Below, piece after piece: positions 56,646 to 64,000 of a stretch of 64,000 nucleotides of DNA. The position numbers and the translations under genes are program-made. Every line of letters begins with the position of its first letter. Position 1 is the first letter of the stretch. The notes beneath the pieces are model-generated. The model saw only the letters and a list, made by a program, of their open reading frames with translations. It had not been told where the DNA came from and did no database searches. Source of the DNA: Minisyncoccia bacterium (GTDB taxonomy: Bacteria > Patescibacteriota > Minisyncoccia > Phycocordibacterales > UBA9973); NCBI GenBank assembly GCA_041737125.1, contig JBGSSJ010000014.1:68375-132374 (forward strand), read 5' to 3'.

Positions 56646-57158
56646 TTAAGCAGTTTTTTTATAAATTACAAATGAGTAAGCGGGGTTTTGATCCATGCGA
56701 TCGTTTCTTGATGTTTCTTGCCAAATACTTTTATCAATAATAGGGAAGAGGGTGTCACCTTCAAAATCTTGATGAACTTCAGTGATGTAAAGCTTGTTTG
56801 CTTTATCCATGGCTTGTCTATATATCTCGCCTCCACCGATGATGAAGACTTCTACTTCATCTTGATTCTCTTCAAATTCTCTACCTTGTTCAAGGGAAGC
56901 TAAACGTAGTGCTTCCTCGAGTGATGTCACAACTTCAATCCCTTGTGCACCGTATGTAGCATCACGAGTGATAACAATATTCTTCCTTTTCGGCAAAGGT
57001 CTACCTATGCTTTCATAAGTCTTCCTTCCCATTATGACAGTGTGCCCACGTGTGGTATCTAAGAAGTACTTCATATCCTCGGGAATATCCCAAAGCAAAG
57101 TATTACCTCCACCTATAATATTATTCTTTGCAACTGCAGCAATGAGAGAGATGATCAT
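56646..57158 (-). CDS. folA: Dihydrofolate reductase
   Basis: WDIPEDMKYF, IMGRKTYESI.RPLP, IIGGGEIY. Confidence 0.96.
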   Translation of the reverse strand: MIISLIAAVAKNNIIGGGNTLLWDIPEDMKYFLDTTRGHTVIMGRKTYESIGRPLPKRKNIVITRDATYGAQGIEVVTSLEEALRLASLEQGREFEENQDEVEVFIIGGGEIYRQAMDKANKLYITEVHQDFEGDTLFPIIDKSIWQETSRNDRMDQNPAYSFVIYKKTA

Positions 57159-57160
57159 AA

Positions 57161-58033
57161 TTATATTGCAATCTCAAAAGGGATACGATCATAACTTTCA
57201 TAACCAGAAATTTTTGTATCTTCTGCTTTCCATTCAAATATTGATTTCCAATTATTTGTTTCTATTTTAGCTAATGGATATTTATTAGGGTCACGTGATA
57301 ATTGTTCTCTTGCTCCTTCAACATGATTTTCAAAAAGATGAACATCAGCTAGAAATCCCACAAGCTTGCCTTCTTTCAATCCTGCTTCTTTGGCAATCAA
57401 GTGAAGAAGTATTGCATAACTTGCAATATTAAAAGGAAGTCCAAGCATTGTATCGACAGATCTTTGATTCCAAAGTAAATTTACTCTTCCATTTATCGTG
57501 GTAACTTGAAAAGAGTAGTGGCAAGGTGGTAATCCCATTTCTTCTAGCTGTTGAGGATTCCAAGCATTCACAATCATTCGACGGTCTCTTGGATTTCTTT
57601 TTAAAGTATCTATTAATTTTTTTAATTGATCTATTCCTTGACCTGCATAATCTGTATCATAGTTTTCATATTTTGCATTGAAATGACGCCATTGGAATCC
57701 ATATATAGGACCAAGGTCACGCTCTTCTAGCATTCTTTTTTTGGATTCTTCATCGTGTCCATAAGGAGCTTTCTTCGGACTTGCCCACTCATCCCAAATA
57801 TGATTGTTTCTATCTAATAACCATTGTTTGTCTGTAATACCATTAATAAAAAATTCTAGCTCAGTAGAAATAAGTCTAAAGGGCATTTTTTTAGTTGTAA
57901 GCAAAGGAAAACCTTTGGACATATCATGTTCAAATATCGCTCCAGCCATGGTATATGCTTTAGTTCCTTGTCTTGTTTCTACTAATTCACCAGTTTCTAA
58001 TACTTTTTTTACAATGTCTAAATATGCTCTCAT
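57161..58033 (-). CDS. thyA: Thymidylate synthase
   Basis: FPLLTTKK, LGPIYGFQWR, LPPCH, QRSVD..LGLPFN. Confidence 0.97.
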   Translation of the reverse strand: MRAYLDIVKKVLETGELVETRQGTKAYTMAGAIFEHDMSKGFPLLTTKKMPFRLISTELEFFINGITDKQWLLDRNNHIWDEWASPKKAPYGHDEESKKRMLEERDLGPIYGFQWRHFNAKYENYDTDYAGQGIDQLKKLIDTLKRNPRDRRMIVNAWNPQQLEEMGLPPCHYSFQVTTINGRVNLLWNQRSVDTMLGLPFNIASYAILLHLIAKEAGLKEGKLVGFLADVHLFENHVEGAREQLSRDPNKYPLAKIETNNWKSIFEWKAEDTKISGYESYDRIPFEIAI

Positions 58034-58084
58034 GTCCTCATTATACAGTTTTTATTTTCTTCTTCAACATGGTAAAATCTCTGT

Positions 58085-59344
58085 ATGAATTACATCAAAC
58101 TACAAGACGAGGAGGTATTACAAGCAATAGAGGGTGAGGCACGTCGTGAAGAGGATGGACTAGAACTTATCCCTTCCGAGAACTATGTGTCCATGGCAGT
58201 GCGCGAAGCGAACGGTTCTGTATTTACTAACAAATACTCTGAAGGTTATCCAGGTAAGCGCTACTACGGTGGGCAGGATTTCACTGACCAAGTAGAGAGG
58301 CTAGCTATAGCTCGCGCCTGTGAACTATTTAATTGTAAGTTTGCTAACGTCCAGCCTCACTCTGGTGCACCTGCGAACCTCGCTGTCTACTCTGCATTAC
58401 TTGAGCCGGGCGACACAGTGCTCGGTATGGATCTCTCACACGGTGGGCACCTTACTCATGGCCACCCGATGACACTACCTGCGAAGATTTATAATTTCGT
58501 CACTTATAAAATGAAGGACCCCGACACAGGAGAGATAGATTACGATGCCCTACGCCAGGTGGCTATTGAGACGAAGCCAAAAATTATCCTTGCTGGATTC
58601 TCTGCTTATTCCCGAACTCTGGATTACCAGAAGTTTGTAGATATTGCAAAAGAAGTCGGAGCTATAACTATGGCTGACATGGCGCACATTGCAGGGCTGA
58701 TAGCTGCGAAAGCACTTCCAAATCCATTTGATTTCGGTTTCGATATTATTACCACTACTACACACAAGACACTTCGTGGTCCACGCGGAGGTATGATACT
58801 GACAAGAGAGAATGAAGATATAGCAAAGAAGATCGACAAATCTATCTTCCCAGGTATCCAAGGTGGCCCACATATGCACACGATAGCTGCGAAAGCTATT
58901 GCTTTCGGTGAAGCATTGAGACCTGAATTTAAAAAATATGCACAGCAAATATTAAAAAATGCGAAAGCTATGGAAGAAGTTTTGCGAGAGAGTGGTGTCC
59001 GTATGATTGGTGGAGGTACAGACAATCACCTTATACTTGCTGATGTCTTCGGCTCACTCGGAGTCACAGGTAAAGAAGCACAAACAGTGCTTGATGAAGT
59101 AGGTATTACACTCAATATGAACTCTATAGCAGGTGACACAAGGAAGCCTCTTGATCCATCCGGCATACGCTTCGGTACTCCAGCTATAACTACACGAGGT
59201 TTCAAAGAAGAAGATTGCAAAGAAGTAGCAAGGCTCCTCATCGAGACGTTGAAGAACAAAGATGATTCCACAAAGAAAGCAGAAATAAAAGCAAAAATTA
59301 AAACCCTCGCCCACGCCCACCCAATACCTGAAAGCTTCATATAA
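58085..59344 (+). CDS. glyA: Serine hydroxymethyltransferase
   Basis: LIPSENY, YSEGYPGKRYYGG, TTTHKTLRGPRGG. Confidence 0.98.
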   Translation: MNYIKLQDEEVLQAIEGEARREEDGLELIPSENYVSMAVREANGSVFTNKYSEGYPGKRYYGGQDFTDQVERLAIARACELFNCKFANVQPHSGAPANLAVYSALLEPGDTVLGMDLSHGGHLTHGHPMTLPAKIYNFVTYKMKDPDTGEIDYDALRQVAIETKPKIILAGFSAYSRTLDYQKFVDIAKEVGAITMADMAHIAGLIAAKALPNPFDFGFDIITTTTHKTLRGPRGGMILTRENEDIAKKIDKSIFPGIQGGPHMHTIAAKAIAFGEALRPEFKKYAQQILKNAKAMEEVLRESGVRMIGGGTDNHLILADVFGSLGVTGKEAQTVLDEVGITLNMNSIAGDTRKPLDPSGIRFGTPAITTRGFKEEDCKEVARLLIETLKNKDDSTKKAEIKAKIKTLAHAHPIPESFI

Positions 59345-59347
59345 TTT

Positions 59348-59722
59348 ATGGGATCATTTATTGAAATAAACGACACATTGCAAATAAACAAGGAACAAGG
59401 TTTCCCCGTTGATGTTTTAGATATTCATAAGCATTTAGAAGATCCATACACTACAGAGCAGTTTGTAGATAAAGTTTTTAGTTTTAAAGATAAGCCACAA
59501 ATCCGTTTATATAAAGTACCACCTGTTAGGAATTTTCTGGTAGAGAATAGAGATTGTAAATGGATTTACTGGGGTCTGTGTCATATAACAGAAACAACTT
59601 GTGATTATGTAAACAAAATAACTTCAGGTAAATTCAAAATAATATACATAAACACACCCGAGGAAATGAAGAAAGCACATGAATTAATAGATCGAAACCC
59701 AGATACTAACTACTTTAGTTAA
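59348..59722 (+). CDS. Conserved hypothetical protein
   Basis: MGSFIEINDTLQI..QGFP; 3 nt after the glyA stop. Confidence 0.75.
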   Translation: MGSFIEINDTLQINKEQGFPVDVLDIHKHLEDPYTTEQFVDKVFSFKDKPQIRLYKVPPVRNFLVENRDCKWIYWGLCHITETTCDYVNKITSGKFKIIYINTPEEMKKAHELIDRNPDTNYFS

Positions 59723-59740
59723 GTAAAGTATATAAATAAT

Positions 59741-60343
59741 ATGATTGAAGTAGAAAAGAAAACTCAACCCACAGAAGAACAACTTGAGGTCTTACTAAAA
59801 GAAGCAGAGTTTATCCAAGAAAAAATAATACACGATATGTATTATGATTTTCCAGATTATAGTTTATTTAAAAAAGGTATCAGATTACGTAAACGTGACT
59901 CAGGATTTGAATTAAAAGGATATTTAGGTAATTCGGACTCTGTATCTATAAGAGCTGCAAGAGAAATAGAAGATGAATCTGAAATTAAAAAACATTTAAA
60001 CATGGGTGACGATAAATCTCTTGAAGAAATAATAAATAAAGATTTTATATTATTGTGTGGATACACAACAAAAAGAAAAAAATATAAAAAAGAGGGTTTT
60101 ATTATCGACGTGGATGAAACAGATTTTGGGTACAATATGACTGAAATTGAAATACCCGTAGAAGATGAAACTAAAATTAAAGAAGCTGAGGATAGATTAA
60201 TATCTTTTGCTAAGAAATATAATTTAGAAATACTAGACCTGCCGATTAAGCCTGATGAATATTTAAGAAGACTAAAGCCTGAAATATATAATCTTATTCA
60301 CAGGAAGGAGGATGAAAAAAGTAAAGAGTTTAAAATGAAATGA
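59741..60343 (+). CDS. CYTH domain protein
   Basis: MIEVEKK, DMYYD..LRKR, TEIEI. Confidence 0.85.
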   Translation: MIEVEKKTQPTEEQLEVLLKEAEFIQEKIIHDMYYDFPDYSLFKKGIRLRKRDSGFELKGYLGNSDSVSIRAAREIEDESEIKKHLNMGDDKSLEEIINKDFILLCGYTTKRKKYKKEGFIIDVDETDFGYNMTEIEIPVEDETKIKEAEDRLISFAKKYNLEILDLPIKPDEYLRRLKPEIYNLIHRKEDEKSKEFKMK

Positions 60344-61029
60344 ACAATATGAACCTAAAAGATAAAATTGTAGTAATAACAGGAGGGGTAAGTGGCTTAG
60401 GCAGATATATGGCCGAAGTATTTATTTCTCGTGGGGCTATAGTTATCGTCACTACACATAGCGAGGTATCAGAGGCTTCTACAGACAAACTTATTATTAT
60501 GCAGTCCGATATTCGGAATGAGGACGATGTGAACAAATTAGCAGATGAAGTCGTAGCGAAATTCGGCCGGACAGATATCTGGGTGAATAATGCCGGTATC
60601 TGGTACCCGAATATGCCTATTGAAGAAGTTGATATGAATCGCGCACATGACGTATTCGAGACGAATGTGTTCGGCACTATGTACGGCTCTCGGTCTGCGA
60701 TGATTCAAATGCGTAAACAACAATCTGGGGCTATTGTGAATATAGTGTCGACGGCTGTTTTAAAGCTGCGACTGATGACTTCTATCTATACTGCTAGTAA
60801 GTGCGCAGTCGATGGATTTACGAAAGGCTTGCGCATGGAGCTTGAAGGTAGTGGTGTGAAGGTGTTTAGTATTTACCCAGGAGGAATGAAAACAAATCTT
60901 TTCGACGAGAAGAAGCCTGCGGACTTCGATGACTATATGGACCCAAATGATATCGCAAAAAAAATTGTAGATAATATAGAATCTGAGAATGGAGAGCTTG
61001 AGTTAATTATCAGAAGACCGAAAAAGTAA
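60340..61029 (+). CDS. SDR family oxidoreductase
   Basis: TGGVSGLG, NNAG, YTASK. Confidence 0.92.
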   Translation: MNNMNLKDKIVVITGGVSGLGRYMAEVFISRGAIVIVTTHSEVSEASTDKLIIMQSDIRNEDDVNKLADEVVAKFGRTDIWVNNAGIWYPNMPIEEVDMNRAHDVFETNVFGTMYGSRSAMIQMRKQQSGAIVNIVSTAVLKLRLMTSIYTASKCAVDGFTKGLRMELEGSGVKVFSIYPGGMKTNLFDEKKPADFDDYMDPNDIAKKIVDNIESENGELELIIRRPKK

Positions 61030-61613
61030 TGCTACCGAATTACTTCGCCTATATATCCATAGTCACTTCGCTCATAGGCGGGATTTCATATATTCGGTCG
61101 ACTTTGAAAGGTGACACTAAGCCGAATCAAGCAAGCTGGCTTATATGGTTCCTAGCGGCGACCACTGCGTCATTCGTACAGCTCGCTTATGGAGCGAAAG
61201 CTTCATTTATACCAATATTCATGGCTGGGTTCATACCACTCATTGTCCTTATTGCTTCATTTAGGAATAAGAATTCATACTGGGAAGCGGGTAGATTAGA
61301 ATATGTTTGTCTTGTCTTAGCAATACTTTCTATTATTATGTTTGTAGTTTTCAAGACGGGGATTTGGGCTACAGTGTTCGCTATCCTTGCTGATGGATTG
61401 GGCTTTATACCTACATTCGTGAAATCTTGGCGCGAGCCGAAGACGGAGAACCTTGGTCCTTTTGTTTCCGGTATATTTAATCCTACTGTTACGATGCTGA
61501 CACTTCCTATATTGTCGTTTAACACAGCAGGATTTGCTATCTATCTATTCTTTGGGAACTTGATGGAGATTATTATTGTTTTATACAGAAAAAGAGTATT
61601 ATATAAATCATAA
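61029..61613 (+). CDS. Hypothetical membrane protein (PQ-loop-like)
   Basis: YIRSTLKGDTKPNQASWLIW; PTFVKSW..P..E. Confidence 0.75.
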   Translation: MLPNYFAYISIVTSLIGGISYIRSTLKGDTKPNQASWLIWFLAATTASFVQLAYGAKASFIPIFMAGFIPLIVLIASFRNKNSYWEAGRLEYVCLVLAILSIIMFVVFKTGIWATVFAILADGLGFIPTFVKSWREPKTENLGPFVSGIFNPTVTMLTLPILSFNTAGFAIYLFFGNLMEIIIVLYRKRVLYKS

Positions 61614-61617
61614 ACAT

Positions 61618-62079
61618 ATGGCTCACATACACGACAAAATAGATTTCACTGTAGAAGTATTTATTGTTCACAAGAACAAAGTTCTTCTTCGTATGCATGA
61701 CAAGCATAATATCTGGCTATCTGTCGGTGGGCATATAGAGCTCGATGAAGATCCAATAGAGGCAGCCTATAGAGAAGTGAAAGAAGAGGTAGGCTTGGAT
61801 ATAAAGATTGCAGGTGAAGCGCTTTCTTTCGGCGAAGATGATTATTCATACCTAGTAACTCCGAAGTATTTAGGTCGCCACAAAGTAAATGATAATCATG
61901 AGCATGTAGTGTTCGTATATTTTGCTACTGCAAATACAGATATACTTACTGACTCTACTCTCGAACACGAGAAAGGAGCAGAGACGAAGTGGGCGACACT
62001 TGCTGATCTACAAAGTATGAACTTACGACCCAATATCCTACACTTGGCAACTGAAGCATTAAAAGAATTAGGAGAATAA
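61618..62079 (+). CDS. NUDIX hydrolase
   Basis: GGHIELDEDPIEAAYREVKEEVGL. Confidence 0.92.
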   Translation: MAHIHDKIDFTVEVFIVHKNKVLLRMHDKHNIWLSVGGHIELDEDPIEAAYREVKEEVGLDIKIAGEALSFGEDDYSYLVTPKYLGRHKVNDNHEHVVFVYFATANTDILTDSTLEHEKGAETKWATLADLQSMNLRPNILHLATEALKELGE

Positions 62080-62848
62080 TTAATTTATTTTTTTAATTAC
62101 ACTTAAAACAGGGGAACCAAGTTTTTCTGGATCCATTTCTTTTTCGAATAGTATATAAGGATTATTTTGATTGTCATATTTAATCTCAGCATTTAATTCT
62201 TTTATTTTCAGGGTCAATAATTTCGTTTGGGACCCAATAAGGGTCCTTCATATAATTATCATGTTTTATTTGTATAGGTATCAGCGAGTATAAATTAGGA
62301 TCATTTAATCGATTTAAAATAAGATCAAGATTATCTACGGGTTGGTAGTTATTTTTTAAAAACCAATTTAAAACTCGTAGTTGTGATATTTCACCAAATA
62401 ATAAATGAGTATCTATTTTTTTATTTTTTATTAAAATTTTAAAATAATTTTCTATCCAAGAATAAATATCACTACCAGAAATACCCTCATTTTTTGCGTG
62501 AGCTAGTCTATGTTCTAAATCCCAGACTTCTTGTTCTTGATTATTAATTATTTTTTTCTTTTTATTAAAAGTGAATTCTGAAATATTTATATCATCACGT
62601 GCAAGTTCAAAAGTTATTTTTTCTAAATTATAATTATATTCTTGTGTGCTGATATAGTATTCAAATTCATTATCTATACCAAATTTCTTTTGGTATCTTT
62701 TTTTAAGTCCAAGTGATTCACCTCCCGGAACATTTGTAGAATTATTCCACTCAGATAAAACTTCTTTTTCTGGGGGTTGGCCTTTGAAAAAAGTCTCTAA
62801 ATCACTCTTCTTTTCTATTTTTGGGTTGGTTGATAAGTATTCTTTCAT
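62080..62848 (-). pseudogene. AT-rich hypothetical gene with an apparent +1 frameshift near 62205
   Basis: The ORF stops at 62186, but removing one A from GAAAATAAAAG continues as IKELNAEIKYDNQNNPYILFEKEMDPEKLGSPVLSVIKKIN* to 62080. Confidence 0.55.
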
Positions 62849-62903
62849 AATGCTTAGTTTAGCAGATTTTTATTTTTTGACTAATATGTAGTATAGTCTC
62901 TAT

Positions 62904-63623
62904 ATGAGAAAAGGCAAATTAATAGTCATAGACGGCACAGACGGCAGTGGTAAGGCTACGCAAGTGGAACTTTTGCGCAAGCGCTTGGTGGCAGAAGGGA
63001 ATAAGGTGCGAGTTATAGACTATCCAGAATACTACAAGAACTTTTTCGGTAAATTCATCGGGCACTGTCTGTCCGAGCAGTATTATAACTTCGTGAAAGT
63101 ACATCCGAAGATTGCATCAGTACTTTATGCTGCAGACAGATTTGAGTCGAAAGACGAGACGGTAGGCTGGCTTTCGAAAGGCTATGTCGTGATAGCGAAT
63201 CGTTATGTCTCTGCGAATCAGATTCACCAAGGAGGCAAGATAAAGAGTCCGAAGAAGCGCCAAGCATTCATAGAGTGGCTAGAAGAGATGGAGTATAAAG
63301 TTTTCAAAATTCCAAAGCCTGATGTGGTGTTCTATTTAGACTTGCCGATAAAGTTATCGAAAGCTCTCATCAAAGAGAGGAATAAGAATGCCGTACGTTC
63401 ATATCTAGGGAATAAAAAAGATGTTCACGAGAAAGATCTTGAGTTTCTCGAGAATTCTAGGAAGAGCGCTCTTTGGCTTGCCAAGACTCAGAAGAATTTC
63501 CTAAAGATAGATTGCGCACAGGGTGCCTCTATCCGCATGCGTGAAGACATACATGAAGAGATTTATAATAAAGTAAAGATTTTGGTAAAAAAAATCCAGC
63601 ACCAAAAGGTACTGGATCTGTGA
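62904..63623 (+). CDS. tmk: Thymidylate kinase
   Basis: IVIDGTDGSGKATQ, LYAADR, NRYVSAN, PKPD. Confidence 0.92.
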   Translation: MRKGKLIVIDGTDGSGKATQVELLRKRLVAEGNKVRVIDYPEYYKNFFGKFIGHCLSEQYYNFVKVHPKIASVLYAADRFESKDETVGWLSKGYVVIANRYVSANQIHQGGKIKSPKKRQAFIEWLEEMEYKVFKIPKPDVVFYLDLPIKLSKALIKERNKNAVRSYLGNKKDVHEKDLEFLENSRKSALWLAKTQKNFLKIDCAQGASIRMREDIHEEIYNKVKILVKKIQHQKVLDL

Positions 63624-63666
63624 CATCAAAGAGTTACTTATTAACCCAAACTCTCTTCGATGCCAA

Positions 63667-63810
63667 TTACTTTGGTTTTTTGCCAGCGTTCATCGCTGGT
63701 GTTACTTTTTTGGAGGGTGGGGTATTTTTTACCCTAACCCTTTTATGCCTTGTTTTTTCTGATCCACGCCCTTTAAGGCTTTGGGGCGTAGGACCGTACT
63801 TTTTGCCCAT
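63667..63810 (-). CDS. Small basic protein (47 aa)
   Basis: MGKKYGPTPQSLKGRGSEKTRHKRVRVK..KKPK*; TTGACA upstream on the minus strand. Confidence 0.4.
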   Translation of the reverse strand: MGKKYGPTPQSLKGRGSEKTRHKRVRVKNTPPSKKVTPAMNAGKKPK

Positions 63811-63898
63811 CGGTTTTTGTATTAGTTAAAACCAAATTATCATGAATACCATTATTTGTCAAATAAATTCTTAAAACAAATTATGGTATATTTATAAT

Positions 63899-64000
63899 AT
63901 GAAGATTCCAGTTATAAATGAAGATGGAGAAGTAATAGGCTATGAAGAAAGAACTATTGTTCACGAAAAAGGAATGCTTCATCCAGAAGTTTTCGTCCTT
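63899..64000 (+). CDS. NUDIX/IPP-isomerase-like protein, partial
   Basis: MKIPVINEDGEVIGYEERTIVHEKGMLH; runs off the window end. Confidence 0.65.
   Translation, partial: MKIPVINEDGEVIGYEERTIVHEKGMLHPEVFVL

Noticed and set aside
48525-59391. Numerous 60-165-aa ORFs antisense to identified genes
   Set aside because: Shadow frames of well-supported genes on the opposite strand.

Overview
Chromosomal window from a low-GC bacterium using genetic code 11. Gene content and style (compact prfB, ftsEX-pyrG, atypical tRNAs, many short orphans) suggest Patescibacteria/Parcubacteria; this is inferred, not searched. Layout: (1) 1-3626 is the end of an integrative element (restriction-subunit fragment, Rep-like gene, large serine recombinase) whose recombinase ORF runs into tRNA-Asp. 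(2) A tRNA cluster, proC-like gene with a candidate leader-peptide attenuator, prfB, ftsEX and pyrG. (3) A 1248-aa surface protein flanked by a duplicated gene end. (4) Membrane and redox genes, including a thioredoxin plus CcdA-MsrA-MsrB fusion. (5) A ~13.5-kb island (~28100-41600) next to tRNA-Gln carrying a LexA-headed TIR-caspase-TIR-membrane-effector operon (type IV Thoeris-like with an extra module), ParB-methylase/TerS/TerL without portal or capsid, a C4-like antisense RNA, a second serine recombinase and a Bsp6I-like R-M pair whose methylase is fused to a full LexA. (6) Housekeeping genes, including a thymidylate-cycle cluster. The most unusual signal is a short GC-rich palindromic element found three times, always in or next to the D-loop of broken tRNA copies. 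One copy carries a whole tRNA-Thr(CGT) nested inside a tRNA-Thr(CGT) remnant; the other two bracket a GIY-YIG nuclease plus intact tRNA-Gln.
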